Of a stretch of DNA of 64,000 nt, positions 29,036 through 39,511 are shown piece by piece. The notes below the pieces were generated by a model. The model saw nothing but the letters and a program-made list of their open reading frames with translations, made no database searches and was not told the origin of the DNA. Source of the DNA: Myxococcales bacterium (GTDB lineage Bacteria > Myxococcota_A > UBA9042 > JABWCM01 > BTVJ01); assembly GCA_045863395.1 (NCBI GenBank), contig BTVJ01000012.1, positions 64,001 to 128,000 on the forward strand, given 5' to 3'. Position numbers and translations under genes: made by a program. Every line of letters starts with the position of its first letter. The first letter of the stretch is position 1.

Positions 29036-29328
29036 CAGTAGTTCACGATCTCGAACTGGTGGTCTTCCACCGGCGCGAGCCCCATGGCGTCGATGAACTC
29101 GACGATGGTGTCGATGCGGGACTGGATCACGCGCCGGTCATTGCCGACGACGGCAAACCCGAGCACCCCGCGGTCCAGGACGTCCAGGTCGTCCACCTCG
29201 GCGATGGCCACGTTGAAGCGGTTGCGGGAGCGGTCGATGACCCGGCGGAGGACGGAGCGCTTGCCCTTGAGCGAGTCGTTCCCCTCGATGCCGAGATCCA
29301 GCCGGCACACTCCGACGATCAGAGCCAT
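29035..29328 (-). CDS. DUF503 (YlxP) family protein
   Basis: VG.....SLKGKRSV...RFNVAIAEV; canonical position between infB and rbfA. Confidence 0.9.
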   Translation of the reverse strand: MALIVGVCRLDLGIEGNDSLKGKRSVLRRVIDRSRNRFNVAIAEVDDLDVLDRGVLGFAVVGNDRRVIQSRIDTIVEFIDAMGLAPVEDHQFEIVNY

Positions 29329-29347
29329 GCTCTCACCCTGGGCTGCG

Positions 29348-32152
29348 CTACAAGGTCTGGCTCACCTCGATGATCTCGAAGACCTCGATGATGTCGCCGA
29401 TCTTGATGTCGTTGTAGCCGTCGAGCCCGACGCCGCACTCGTAGCCCTCGCGCACCTCCTTGACGTCGTCCTTGAAGCGGCGCAGCGAGCCGACCCGCCC
29501 CTTCCAGACCTGGACGCCGTCGCGGACGAGGCGCACCTGGGCGCCACGGCGCACGATGCCGCTCGTGACCATGCAGCCCGCGATGGTGCCGACCTTGGGC
29601 ACGGGGAAGGTCTCGCGGACCTCCACCCGCCCGAGGGAGCGCTCCTCCAGGGTCGGCGCCAGCAGTCCCTCCAGGGCCTTCCGCACGTCGTCGAGGGCCT
29701 CGTAGATGATGGTGTAGAGCTTGAGCTCGACCTTCTCCTGCTCCGCGAGGGCCTTGGCGCTCGGCTCGGGCCTGACGTTGAAGCCGATGATGATCGCGTT
29801 GGACGCGCTGGCCAGGTTGATGTCGCTCTCCGTGATGGCGCCGACGCCGTCGTGGATGATGCGCACCTTGACCTTGTCGTGCTTGATGTCGCCGAGCGCC
29901 TTCTTGAGCGCCTCGGCTGATCCGTGCACGTCGGTCTTGAGGATGAGCTTGAGCTCCTGCACCTCGCCCGCGCTGATCTGCTCGTAGAGCTTGTCGAGGG
30001 TGGTCTTGGACGTGGCGCCCATCTGCTTCTTGCGCTCCGCCTGGATGCGGTGCTCGACCACCTGGCGCGCCAGCTTGTCGTCGCTGACCACGTAGAACAT
30101 GTCCGACGCGATGGGCACCGAGTCGAGCCCGAGGACCTCCACGGGCATCGCAGGGCCGGCCTCGTCCACCTTGTTGCCCTTGTCGTCCATCAGGGCGCGC
30201 ACGCGGCCCGCCGACGTTCCCGTGAGGATGGTGTCGCCCACGCGCAAGGTGCCGTCCTGCACGAGCACGCTCGCCACGGGGCCGCGGCCCCGGTCGAGCT
30301 GGGACTCGATGACCACGCCGCGCGCCGCCTTGTTGGGGTTGGCCGACAGGTCCAGGATCTCGGACTGGAGCACCAGCATCTCCAGGAGGTGGTCGAAGCC
30401 CTCTCCGGTGTGCGCGCTGACCTTGCACACGATGGTGTCGCCGCCCCACTCCTCGGCCTGGAGCCCGTGCTCCGCCAGCTCCTGCAGCACGCGCTCGGGG
30501 CGCGCGTTGGACTTGTCGATCTTGTTGACCGCCACGATGATCGGCACGTCCGCCTCGCGGGCGTGGTTGATCGCCTCGATGGTCTGCGGCATGACGCCGT
30601 CGTCCGCCGCCACCACGAGGATGACCACGTCCGTCACCTGGGCGCCGCGGGCACGCATGGCCGTAAAGGCCTCGTGGCCCGGGGTGTCCAGGAACACGAT
30701 CTGGCCGCCGGGCAGGTCGACGCGATAGGCGCCGATGTGCTGCGTGATGCCGCCAGCCTCCCCGTCGGCGACCCGCGCCTTGCGGATCCGATCGAGGAGC
30801 GACGTCTTGCCGTGGTCGACGTGACCCATCACCGTGACCACCGGGGGCCGCGGCAGCAGATCCTCGTCTGCGTCCTCGATCTCGGGGATCAGCTTGTCGA
30901 TGTCGAAGGCCACGTTCTCGGCCGTGAAGCCGAACTCTCCTGCGATGGTCTCCGCCGTGTCGAAGTCCAGCGACTGCGTGATCGTCGCCATGACGCCCAA
31001 CGCCATGAGCTGACGAATGATGTCGCCCGCCTTGACGCTGAGCATGGCGGCCAGCTCCTGGACGCTGACCGTGTCCTCGATCTTGACGATGCGCTTGCTC
31101 GCCTTCGGCGTGGTGAGCTGCGTCTTCATCGCCTTTCTGGGCTTGGCGTTCCGGCGGCCGCGCCGCCCACCCCGGGCCCCCAGGTCGTCCATGTCCACGG
31201 CAGTCATGAAGTTGAACGCGCCGCCGCGACGATCAAAGACCTGCTTGCCCTTGGGCTTCTTGGCGGCGCCGCGCCGATCATCTTCGGCGGTGGTGCGGCC
31301 TGGCGGCGTGGCGGGCGCCGGTCCGGTCGGCGCCGGCCGCCGCCCCGGTGCCGGGGCCAGGCCTCCCCGCGGATCCAGCGCCGGTGGCGGGGCCTGACCC
31401 ATGCGAGGATCGGGACCGCGCCCGGGCGGCATCCCAGGCCCACGATTGGGGGGCATCGGGCGCCCGAGCGTCGGGCGCTGTCCAGGCGGACGAGGCGGCA
31501 CGAAGCCTGCCGGCGGCGGTGCGATGACGACCGCCTGCCGGTCGGTCGGCCGCGCATCGGGGTCGATCCTGAGCGTCGTGGGCCGCCGCACCTCTGGAGC
31601 AGCAGGCTCGGGAGCTGCCTCCGCAACCGGCGCAGGCGCCTCCACGGGAGGAGGCGGCTCCACATCGCGAACCGGGGCCTCCTCCACGGGCTGCGGCGCG
31701 GGCGGCGCCACCTCCACCGAAGCAGCCTCGCGCACTGCGGGCACTTCGAGCTCTGGCGCCTCCGCCGCGGGCTCACGGGCCGGGATGACCTCAGCCGGCC
31801 GCTCGACGACCGGCTCCTCCCACTGCGGCGCCACCTCCGCGGCGGCCGGTGCCGGCTCTGGGACCGCAGCCGGCTCCTCCCGCCCGACCCGCGACACGGC
31901 GCGCGCCTCCCGGGGAGCCTCCTCCTCCGTGGCCAGGCGCCGCCGCCGCACGACGGTCTTCGCTACCCGCGTCTCGACGACCTCACCCTCCCGCGGCTGC
32001 AGGAACAGGCGCTTCAGGCGGGCGGCCTCGTCCAGGTCCAGCGCCGTGAGGTGGTCGCGGACGATGAGGCCGGCCTCTGCTGCGCGAGCGATCAGGGCGC
32101 TGCTCTCGACCTTCAGCTCCCGGGCAATCTCATAGATCTTGGTCTTGCTCAT
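29348..32152 (-). CDS. infB: Translation initiation factor IF-2
   Basis: [59 protein letters not shown]; long Pro/Ala N-terminal region. Confidence 0.98.
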   Translation of the reverse strand: MSKTKIYEIARELKVESSALIARAAEAGLIVRDHLTALDLDEAARLKRLFLQPREGEVVETRVAKTVVRRRRLATEEEAPREARAVSRVGREEPAAVPEPAPAAAEVAPQWEEPVVERPAEVIPAREPAAEAPELEVPAVREAASVEVAPPAPQPVEEAPVRDVEPPPPVEAPAPVAEAAPEPAAPEVRRPTTLRIDPDARPTDRQAVVIAPPPAGFVPPRPPGQRPTLGRPMPPNRGPGMPPGRGPDPRMGQAPPPALDPRGGLAPAPGRRPAPTGPAPATPPGRTTAEDDRRGAAKKPKGKQVFDRRGGAFNFMTAVDMDDLGARGGRRGRRNAKPRKAMKTQLTTPKASKRIVKIEDTVSVQELAAMLSVKAGDIIRQLMALGVMATITQSLDFDTAETIAGEFGFTAENVAFDIDKLIPEIEDADEDLLPRPPVVTVMGHVDHGKTSLLDRIRKARVADGEAGGITQHIGAYRVDLPGGQIVFLDTPGHEAFTAMRARGAQVTDVVILVVAADDGVMPQTIEAINHAREADVPIIVAVNKIDKSNARPERVLQELAEHGLQAEEWGGDTIVCKVSAHTGEGFDHLLEMLVLQSEILDLSANPNKAARGVVIESQLDRGRGPVASVLVQDGTLRVGDTILTGTSAGRVRALMDDKGNKVDEAGPAMPVEVLGLDSVPIASDMFYVVSDDKLARQVVEHRIQAERKKQMGATSKTTLDKLYEQISAGEVQELKLILKTDVHGSAEALKKALGDIKHDKVKVRIIHDGVGAITESDINLASASNAIIIGFNVRPEPSAKALAEQEKVELKLYTIIYEALDDVRKALEGLLAPTLEERSLGRVEVRETFPVPKVGTIAGCMVTSGIVRRGAQVRLVRDGVQVWKGRVGSLRRFKDDVKEVREGYECGVGLDGYNDIKIGDIIEVFEIIEVSQTL

Positions 32153-32709
32153 TCGTCACCTGCTGGGTCCCGGTGGGTGAGCCGGGGGTCCATCCCGTCC
32201 CGACGCACCCGAGGAGACCGGTCGTTGCGATCCCGCGGGACACGTCCTTCAATCAGATGTGGTGCGCGCTCTGCGCGTTCGACCCCCTCGAGCGCCGCGA
32301 CCCGGCCTGCACGCGCCCGCAGGCGCCGCGCAGCCGCCTCGCTGGCAGCCGGGAGGACGACGAGGTCCCCGGTGGCCTCGGCGATGCGCCCCCTGCGCGC
32401 GCCGTCCACGACGCGCGCGAAGGAGGCCCGCTCGAGCTCGAGTGTGGTGCGTGTGAAGGCCGCCGCGTCCGTGACCGGGTGGACGCCGAGCGCCCGCCCG
32501 AAGGCGCCGCGCTTCAGGGCGCGCTGGATGCAGCGCAGCTCCGGGCAGAGGTAGCCGCCGCGACCATGCGCGGTGTGCGGTGGGTCGGGGCGCAGCTCGC
32601 CGCCCGCGGCGACGAACCGGCACAGCTCCGCCTTGGGCCGCGAGGTGCGGCACCCGAGGCAGGTGCGTACCGGTGATCGCCAAATCCGGGGGCTCTCTGA
32701 CAAAGGCAC
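32149..32709 (-). CDS. ylxR: YlxR/DUF448 (RnpM-like) RNA-binding protein with C-terminal extension
   Basis: [20 protein letters not shown]...C...A.K...F.RAL; lies between nusA and infB. Confidence 0.85.
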   Translation of the reverse strand: MPLSESPRIWRSPVRTCLGCRTSRPKAELCRFVAAGGELRPDPPHTAHGRGGYLCPELRCIQRALKRGAFGRALGVHPVTDAAAFTRTTLELERASFARVVDGARRGRIAEATGDLVVLPAASEAAARRLRARAGRVAALEGVERAERAPHLIEGRVPRDRNDRSPRVRRDGMDPRLTHRDPAGDE

Positions 32710-32856
32710 CTCTCATGGGCCCGGCTGCGGGGCGTCCACCCGCCCCAGGCGATCCTGACGACCGCTGGGACGGTGCCACCGTAGTGGATGGGCCGTCGGT
32801 TCTCGGAGCGCCGGCGTGTCATCGCCGGTCGCTCGCGCCGCACAGGGCGGTCGCCA

Positions 32857-34326
32857 TCACAGCGACCCGGCAGGCGACGAGCCGCCGTCGCCGCCAGTGG
32901 GGTCGGGCGTCCCTGCGGCCGCGCGGCTGGACGGCCCGAAGACGGACTCGGCGGTGTACACCGGGTGCTCGTCGTCGGGCTCCTCTGCCGGCATGGCCAG
33001 GCTCCCGTCCTCCTTCTTCTTCTTCACTTCGTATGCGAGCTGCTGCAGGCGCTGGGCGGTGTCCAGGCTGACCCCCGGGATCGCCATCAGCTCCTCCTCG
33101 TCCGCGTTCAGGAGGTTCTCAGGCGAGTGGTAGCCGAGCTTGAACAGGTAGTCGAGGAGGCTGCCATCCACCTCGTGCTGCTCCACCAGGTACCACCACA
33201 GCTCCTTCTTGCTCTGCTCGATCTTGCTCTCGCTGTTGATCTCGATCTTCCAGCCGATGAGCTTGGACGCGAGCCGCACGTTCTGACCGCGCCGCCCTAT
33301 GGCCAAGGAGAGCTGGTCGTCGGGTACGATCAGCTCGATGGTGTTGCGGTCCTCGTCGATGAGCACGCGCGACACGTCCGCAGGCTGGATGGCGTTGCAC
33401 ACGAACTTCGCGACGTCAGGGCTCCAGGGCACGATGTCGATCTTCTCGCCTCGGAGCTCCTGCACGACCGCCTGCACACGGGAGCCCTTCATGCCGACGC
33501 AGGCACCGACGGGATCCACGTCCGAGTCCCGTGAGGTGACGGCGATCTTGGCGCGCTCACCGGGCTCGCGCGCCACGCGCTGGATGGCGACGATGCCCTC
33601 GTAGATCTCCGGCACCTCCATCTCGAAGAGCTTGATGACCAATCCCTCGTCGGTGCGTGAGAGCAGGATCAGCGGCCCCTTGGCCTCCCGGTCGATGTCC
33701 TTCACGTAGGCCTGGACGCGGTCGCCCGCGCGATAGCTCTCGCGCGGCATCTGCTCGCGCAGCGTGAGCACCGCCTCTGCTCGCCCGAGATCCACGATGA
33801 TGTTGCCGCGCTCGAAGCGCCGCGCGATGCCCGTGACCAGCTCGTGCTTGCGGTCCTTGTACTCGTTGAAGACGATGTCGCGCTCCGCCTCGCGCACCCG
33901 CTGGATGATCACCTGCTTGGCGGTCTGCGCCGCGATGCGTCCGAAGGTGCGCCGCGCCTGGCGGATCTTGAGGATGTCGCCGTACTTCTCGTCCTCCTCC
34001 CGCGCCTTCTCCGAATCCTCGGGGCGGTAGAAGATCTGGAAGCCGAGCTCGTCGCCGGGCTGCACGTCCGGGTCGACCCGCTGCGCGTCCTCCACGGAGA
34101 GCTCCGTGTCCGGGTTCTCCAGGTCCTCGACGACCACCATGTACTGGAACAGCTCGACCTGGCCGAGGTCGTCGTTGTAGACCGCCTCCAGCTCCCGCTC
34201 GTAGCCGAAGACCTTCTTCGCGGCCGTCAGGATGGCCTGCTCCATGGCCTCGACCAGGATGGACCGGTCGATGCCCTTGTCCTTGCTGACCTGGTCAATG
34301 ACGTTGTTGAGATTCTCGACCTGCAT
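32857..34326 (-). CDS. nusA: Transcription termination factor NusA
   Basis: [72 protein letters not shown]. Confidence 0.98.
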   Translation of the reverse strand: MQVENLNNVIDQVSKDKGIDRSILVEAMEQAILTAAKKVFGYERELEAVYNDDLGQVELFQYMVVVEDLENPDTELSVEDAQRVDPDVQPGDELGFQIFYRPEDSEKAREEDEKYGDILKIRQARRTFGRIAAQTAKQVIIQRVREAERDIVFNEYKDRKHELVTGIARRFERGNIIVDLGRAEAVLTLREQMPRESYRAGDRVQAYVKDIDREAKGPLILLSRTDEGLVIKLFEMEVPEIYEGIVAIQRVAREPGERAKIAVTSRDSDVDPVGACVGMKGSRVQAVVQELRGEKIDIVPWSPDVAKFVCNAIQPADVSRVLIDEDRNTIELIVPDDQLSLAIGRRGQNVRLASKLIGWKIEINSESKIEQSKKELWWYLVEQHEVDGSLLDYLFKLGYHSPENLLNADEEELMAIPGVSLDTAQRLQQLAYEVKKKKEDGSLAMPAEEPDDEHPVYTAESVFGPSSRAAAGTPDPTGGDGGSSPAGSL

Positions 34327-34378
34327 CCACTTGCTCCACTGGCGTGGCCTGGCGGGCTCAGCCGGCCCGGAGTACGTT

Positions 34379-34897
34379 CTATTGTGCGTTCTTCTGGGCG
34401 TCCCGAAGGTCCTCGAACCGGAACTCGAGGTGCGCCTTGCGGAGCCTGTCATACGTGACTCGTACCGGCGCGCCGCGATCCGGTACCAGGGTGACGCCGG
34501 CGTCGTCGGGCTCCTCGATGAGCCCGGACAGCACATCGACCAACGGCGGACCACCCGTCTCGCGGGGCCGCTCCACGTGGACCTTCGCCCGCTTGCCGAC
34601 GAAGCGTCGGAAGTCCCGCGCGCCGCGCAGCGGCCGGTCGATGCCCGGCGAGGACACCTCCAGCCTGAAGGAGCTGGTGATCACGTCCTCGACGTCCAGG
34701 ATGGGCGTCACCAGCCGGTCGACGGCCACGCAGTCGTCGCTCGACACATGCTCGTCACCCTCGGGGCGGTCGATGGTGACCCGAAGCACAGCCCCGGACG
34801 GACCGGACTTGTACTCCACGTCGAAGAGCTCCAGCCCCTGAGCCTCGATGACGGGCTGGATGAGCCCCTTCACTCGTTCTTCGATGCGTCCGCCCAA
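34379..34897 (-). CDS. rimP: Ribosome maturation factor RimP
   Basis: LELFDVE, LRVTID, DDC..V......[17 protein letters not shown]...DF.RF.G. TTG start inferred. Confidence 0.92.
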   Translation of the reverse strand: MGGRIEERVKGLIQPVIEAQGLELFDVEYKSGPSGAVLRVTIDRPEGDEHVSSDDCVAVDRLVTPILDVEDVITSSFRLEVSSPGIDRPLRGARDFRRFVGKRAKVHVERPRETGGPPLVDVLSGLIEEPDDAGVTLVPDRGAPVRVTYDRLRKAHLEFRFEDLRDAQKNAQ

Positions 34898-35155
34898 CCG
34901 CCTCGCCCCTTCGAGCACGACATACGCGTGCGTCCGACCTCGCACCGAGCTGCTCGGCGCCGCCTCAGCTCCGACGGGCAAGTGCCTTGCGGGAGCAGCG
35001 CCGGTTGAGCCCGGCGCCGTGGGCGAGGTCGAGGCGCGACCCCGTTGCGTGGGGGGCGCAGCCTCGGCCGGCGTCTGCCGGAGCGCGACGTGACGCCTCC
35101 GGCTCGTGCCTCGGAGCGCCGCAAGGTGCGCAGCGCCCGGTGCGAAGCGGGGGGG

Positions 35156-35184
35156 AAGCTAGCACAAGCGACCCAACGGCGCAA
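35156..35184 (-). promoter_or_regulatory. Probable promoter of the rimP-nusA-infB operon
   Basis: TTGCGC-17 nt-TAGCTT with an extended TG. Confidence 0.5.
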
Positions 35185-35363
35185 GCGGATTCGGCGCCCC
35201 TGGGCAGAGCCGGTCAGTGCTCTCAATTCGCTTGCGTTGTCAGGGGATATCTCGTACCGATCGCGGGTCATGGCGCCATCCGTGCGGCGCCAGGCTCTAC
35301 CGCGGGGCCGGCTCCAGGGCCGTCGCAGGGCGCCGCTGCCCAGTCTGGACCTTGCAGGATCAC

Positions 35364-36146
35364 ATGCCGAGCTTCCCCCTCCGCTACGTTGTCCCCAACG
35401 CAATCACCTGCGCGAGCCTGACTCTTGGCCTGGTCAGCGTGTTCCAGGCCATGGCAGGCGCATTCGAGGAGGCGTGCTGGCTCGTCATGTGGTGCGTGCT
35501 CTTCGACAAGCTCGACGGCAGCATGGCCCGCGTCCTGCGCGCATCCAGCTCCTTTGGGGTCCAGCTCGACTCCTTCAGCGACTTCGTGACCTTCGGTCTG
35601 GCCCCGGCGTTCCTGGTGCACGCCCTCCTCACGACGCCGGGAGAGGTCGGCACCCTCTACCTCGATGGGGCCCTGTTCACCTGGATTCTCCGGGTGAGCA
35701 TCGTGGTGTTCGTCCTCGCGAGCTGCCTGCGCCTCGCCAAGTTCAACGTCCTGACGGACCGCCTCGGCGGGGACTACTTCCTGGGCATGCCCACGACCAT
35801 GGCGGGGGCGTTCATCGTGACCTACATCCTGACCGTGCGGAAGTACGACCTCCCGGTCGAGCTCATCCTCGTCCTCCCCGGCATCTTCGTCGCCCTCGCG
35901 CTGCTGATGGTGGCCAACTTCAAGCTCCCGAAGGCCAAGGTCAGCGGCACCCTCCCCCAGCGGGTGTTCCAGATCGCCAACTTCACCGGGGTGTACGTGT
36001 GCGGGCTGCTGTGGATCTTCCCGGAGTACCTGCTTGCGACCGGCGTGACCTACATGATCGTCGGCGCCGCCTGGGGGGCCGTCAAGCTGCGTGACATGCC
36101 GGGGTGGCCCCTGCCTCCGGCAGCCCCGTCCGGGGACGACGCGTGA
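35364..36146 (+). CDS. pssA: CDP-alcohol phosphatidyltransferase (phosphatidylserine synthase PssA type II-like)
   Basis: PNAIT, FDKLDG..AR....S.FG.QLDS.SD.V.FG.AP, LRLAKFN, F.GMP. Confidence 0.88.
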   Translation: MPSFPLRYVVPNAITCASLTLGLVSVFQAMAGAFEEACWLVMWCVLFDKLDGSMARVLRASSSFGVQLDSFSDFVTFGLAPAFLVHALLTTPGEVGTLYLDGALFTWILRVSIVVFVLASCLRLAKFNVLTDRLGGDYFLGMPTTMAGAFIVTYILTVRKYDLPVELILVLPGIFVALALLMVANFKLPKAKVSGTLPQRVFQIANFTGVYVCGLLWIFPEYLLATGVTYMIVGAAWGAVKLRDMPGWPLPPAAPSGDDA

Positions 36147-36258
36147 TCCCGTCCGGCGGCGGCGCCTGGAGGAGCAGCCGGGCAGGCACCGGCGCTCTCC
36201 CGCCGGGCTCGGCGCGGTGGCGACGTCCGCACGGAACCAGGACACGTAGGGCTGGCGG

Positions 36259-36288
36259 TTGACGCCGTCGTGCCCCCCCTGGTATCGT
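36259..36288 (+). promoter_or_regulatory. Promoter of the bactofilin operon
   Basis: TTGACG-18 nt-TATCGT with an extended TG. Confidence 0.6.
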
Positions 36289-36317
36289 CCGGCCCAACGA
36301 ACTCACGAGGTGCCCCC

Positions 36318-36674
36318 ATGGCGGCGAACCCGTCGGATATCATAGGCAAAAACACCACCGTCCGCGGCGAGATCAGCGGGTCGGACCCGCTGCTCGTCAA
36401 CGGCCGCGTCGAGGGGCAGATCCGGCTGGATTCGGAGCTCCTGGTGGCGCCGGGCGGGGCAGTGGACGCGACGGTCACTGCCAGCCAGGTGCGCGTGGAG
36501 GGCAACCTCCGCGGTTCCGTGGCGGCCATCGAGCGCATCACCCTCAGGCCCGGCTGCGAGGTGGAGGGGGAGCTGCGCGCTCCGCAGATCGTCATCGAGG
36601 CCGACGCGCGCTTCAACGGCACCCTGCACATGGACATCGAGCTCCCCGCCGACCTCCTCGGCGCCGCTCGCTAG
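36318..36674 (+). CDS. bacN: Bactofilin, BacN-like
   Basis: IIG...V.G.I.G...L.VNGRVEGQI, G.L.AP.IVIE..A.FNG...MD..LP beta-helix pattern. Confidence 0.85.
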   Translation: MAANPSDIIGKNTTVRGEISGSDPLLVNGRVEGQIRLDSELLVAPGGAVDATVTASQVRVEGNLRGSVAAIERITLRPGCEVEGELRAPQIVIEADARFNGTLHMDIELPADLLGAAR

Positions 36675-36692
36675 CCCAGACTCGGAAGGCAC

Positions 36693-37007
36693 ATGGCACA
36701 GACCATCATCGGGACGTCGATCACGGTCGACGGCGAGATCCTCGGAGACGAGCCGCTGCTGGTGCGCGGCACGGTCAAGGGCCGCATCCACCTGACCGCC
36801 GCCGTACAGGTGGACACCTCCGGGGTGGTGGAGGCGGAGGTCCGCACCAGCGAGGCGCACGTCGCCGGCCAGGTCACGGGCAACGTCACCGCGACGGAGC
36901 GGGTCGAGATCCAGCCGGGCGGTCGCCTCACCGGGAACATCCGGGCGCCGCGCATCTTGATCGCCGACGGCGCCCTGTTCAAGGGCACCATCGACATGGA
37001 CGTGTAG
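36693..37007 (+). CDS. bacO: Bactofilin, BacO-like
   Basis: MAQTIIGTSITVDGEILGDE.L.V.GTVKG...APRILIADGALFKG.IDMD. Confidence 0.88.
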   Translation: MAQTIIGTSITVDGEILGDEPLLVRGTVKGRIHLTAAVQVDTSGVVEAEVRTSEAHVAGQVTGNVTATERVEIQPGGRLTGNIRAPRILIADGALFKGTIDMDV

Positions 37008-37015
37008 GGGTCACC

Positions 37016-37837
37016 ATGGCCGACAACCACACAGTCATCGCCGAGCAGGGCGCCGTCCGCGGGACGATCCGCGGCACCGAGGACGTCGTCGTCTTCGGCT
37101 ACGTGGAGGGGCGCGTCGAGCTCGATGGCACCCTGTTCGTCGAGCCGTCTGGGATCGTGAAGGCCGACGTGGACGCCCGCCACGTGGTCATCGCCGGCGT
37201 GGTCGTCGGCGACGTCAGCGCCCGGGACTGCGTCGAGCTGCTGCCCAGCGGCCGGGTCGTGGGAAACCTGTCCACGCCGCGGCTCGTCATGGCCGCGGGC
37301 GGCGCCGTGCGGGGCCAGGTAAGCATGGGAGCCGCCGGCGACCCGAAGCCCGAGGTGGCAGCGCCGGCCGCCCCAAAGCGACCCGTGACGGCTTCGCGCC
37401 CTGAGGTGAGCTCCCGGGCCCCCCGCGCCACGGACGAGCCGGTGTGGAGGCGACCAACGGCCCAGATGGTCGCGGTCCCAGCGGCGTCGGCGCCAGCGGC
37501 CCCCGCGCGCCCCCCCCAGCAGGAGGCGGCCCCCGTGCGTCTTTCGCAGTTGGAGCCGCCGCCGCAACGATATGCGCCCCCGGACCCGACCCCGGCGCCC
37601 CGGCCACAGCCACCGGCCCCGGCGGCCGCCGCCGCTGCGCCTGCGGCCCCGGCGCCCCAGGAGCCCGAGCGCCCGTCCGCGCCCGCGGAGCGCCCAATCC
37701 CGCGCCCCGCCCGGCGCAGCTTCGAAGATCTGGACACCCTCTTCCCGGTCATCCCGGAGTCCTCCATGGATGGGTGGGCGGTCTCCGTCCCCTCGTCTGG
37801 CCCCCATGACGATGGCTCGGGGTCGCGGGAGGGTTGA
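37016..37837 (+). CDS. bacP: Bactofilin with long Pro/Ala-rich tail, BacP-like
   Basis: G.EDV.V.G.VEG...L.VEPSG.VKA.V...I.GVVVG core followed by about 165 aa of disordered tail. Confidence 0.82.
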   Translation: MADNHTVIAEQGAVRGTIRGTEDVVVFGYVEGRVELDGTLFVEPSGIVKADVDARHVVIAGVVVGDVSARDCVELLPSGRVVGNLSTPRLVMAAGGAVRGQVSMGAAGDPKPEVAAPAAPKRPVTASRPEVSSRAPRATDEPVWRRPTAQMVAVPAASAPAAPARPPQQEAAPVRLSQLEPPPQRYAPPDPTPAPRPQPPAPAAAAAAPAAPAPQEPERPSAPAERPIPRPARRSFEDLDTLFPVIPESSMDGWAVSVPSSGPHDDGSGSREG

Positions 37838-38487
37838 TGCCTGCCGCCCAGCCCCGGCGCACCACTCGCAACGTCCCCGTGATGCTGCTCGCTGCCGTGC
37901 TCCCGCTCGCGTGCGCTCACCCGGCTGTCGATCTGCGCTCGACGGCTGACCTCCATGGCGACTACGGCGACGTCCTGGACCGCTGGACCCGCTCCGTGGA
38001 GACCTACGATGGCCTCAAGAGCGCGGTCTTCGTCAGCGCGACCCTGTTCGGCCCCGAGATGACCGAGGCGTGGCTCCGCGAGCAGGCGCGCCTGTTCCGG
38101 CTGGACGAGGTCGCGGCCGCACAGGCCCGCGCCTCCCTGGAGGCCGAGGCGAACGGATCGCACCGCCTGTTCCTCGCCGTCTTCACCAACGAGACCCGCT
38201 GGAATGACCTCGAGCGCCCGAACCCTGCCTTCCGCGTCTGGCTCGGCACCGACCTGGGCCCCCGGGTGGCGCCGGCATCCATCGAGCGGGTGCGGGACAG
38301 GAACGAGACGATCCGGGCGCTGTTCCCCCACCTGGGTCCATTTCGCCAGGGGTACGTGGTCAGCTTCCCACGGGAGGCGTCGGCGGGCGTCCCGACGATC
38401 CCGTCTGGAGCAACACGCATCACACTGGAGGTCACCGGCCCTCACGGGAACGCTGCCTTGGAGTGGGAGGTCGCGCGGACCCTATGA
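37837..38487 (+). CDS. Hypothetical lipoprotein
   Basis: Hydrophobic stretch ending PLAC; Y..V..RWTR, WNDL....FRVWL, ALFPH. Overlaps both neighbours. Confidence 0.7.
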   Translation: MPAAQPRRTTRNVPVMLLAAVLPLACAHPAVDLRSTADLHGDYGDVLDRWTRSVETYDGLKSAVFVSATLFGPEMTEAWLREQARLFRLDEVAAAQARASLEAEANGSHRLFLAVFTNETRWNDLERPNPAFRVWLGTDLGPRVAPASIERVRDRNETIRALFPHLGPFRQGYVVSFPREASAGVPTIPSGATRITLEVTGPHGNAALEWEVARTL

Positions 38488-39371
38488 GAGAGCAGACCTT
38501 CACCAGCTTCGACGGCACGCGCATCTATTACAACCGTGTGGGCCACGGGCCCGCCATGGTCCTCTCGGACGGCATCGGGTGCGACCAGTACGTCTGGAGG
38601 TACGTCGTCGACGCCTTCCGGGACGAGTGGACCATCATCCGCTGGAACTACCGCGGCCACGGCCGCTCCGCCGTGCCTGCGAACCTGGACGACGTCACCA
38701 TCGAGGCCCTGTGCCGGGATCTGGACGCCCTGATGGACGACGCCGGGATCGAGGCGGGCGTGCACCTGGGCCACAGCATGGGGGCGCAGGTGATCCTGGA
38801 GTTCTTCCGCCTCGCTCCGCAGCGGGTCCTGGCGCTGGTCCCCATCTGCGGGAGCTACTCCCACCCCTTGGACACCTTCCGGGACACCCGCCTGTTCAAG
38901 GACGGGGTGTTCCCGACGCTCCTCAAGCTGTTCAGCGCGGGCGACTCCCGCTTCAACCGGTCCTGGAAGAAGCTCCTGCCGACCGACCTGGCATACCGGC
39001 TGGCGCTGCTCACGGACCTCAACCCGCGCCTGATCAAGCGGGCGGACATGCTCCCATACTTCGAGCACATGGCGACCATGGATCTCGCGCTCTTCGCCCG
39101 CCTGCTGGAGCGTGCCGGGGCCCACTCGGCGGAGCCGGTGCTCGCGACCATCGACGTCCCCACGCTGATCTTCGCGGGGGAGCGCGACCGTTTCACGCCG
39201 AGCTGGCTCAGCGAGGCCATGCACCGCAAGATTCGCGGCTCGGAGCTCTGCGTCATCCCCGGCGGCAGCCACACCGCGCCCATCGAGCTCCCGGACCTCG
39301 TGAACCTCCGTCTGGAGAAGTTCCTCCGGGAGCATGATCTGGCCACCGCCCACGCGCGCCACGCCCGCTGA
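38484..39371 (+). CDS. Alpha/beta hydrolase
   Basis: WNYRGHG.S, GHSMG nucleophile elbow, PTLI.AGE.D..TP, GGSH...IE.P. Confidence 0.9.
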   Translation: MREQTFTSFDGTRIYYNRVGHGPAMVLSDGIGCDQYVWRYVVDAFRDEWTIIRWNYRGHGRSAVPANLDDVTIEALCRDLDALMDDAGIEAGVHLGHSMGAQVILEFFRLAPQRVLALVPICGSYSHPLDTFRDTRLFKDGVFPTLLKLFSAGDSRFNRSWKKLLPTDLAYRLALLTDLNPRLIKRADMLPYFEHMATMDLALFARLLERAGAHSAEPVLATIDVPTLIFAGERDRFTPSWLSEAMHRKIRGSELCVIPGGSHTAPIELPDLVNLRLEKFLREHDLATAHARHAR

Positions 39372-39421
39372 CCCCAGGTCACACCGCCTCGCCAGAGCCC
39401 GCACAAAGGCGGAGTCTGCCG

Positions 39422-39450
39422 TTGAAGCCCGCAGGGGGCCACCGTATGAT
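39422..39450 (+). promoter_or_regulatory. Strong sigma70-type promoter of the repeat lipoprotein gene
   Basis: TTGAAG-17 nt-TATGAT. Confidence 0.6.
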
Positions 39451-39511
39451 GCGCCGACGCCAGCGCCGGAGGACCGGTGCTCTGGCAGAGGCACGAGCGC
39501 GTGAGGCACCG

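Noticed and set aside
29924..32554. 876-aa plus-strand ORF antisense to infB (similarly 56788-60213, 15389-17788, 53863-56250, 38855-41152, 9636-11876)
   Set aside because: Shadow ORFs expected from high-GC3 codon bias; no motifs, and they fully overlap well-supported genes.
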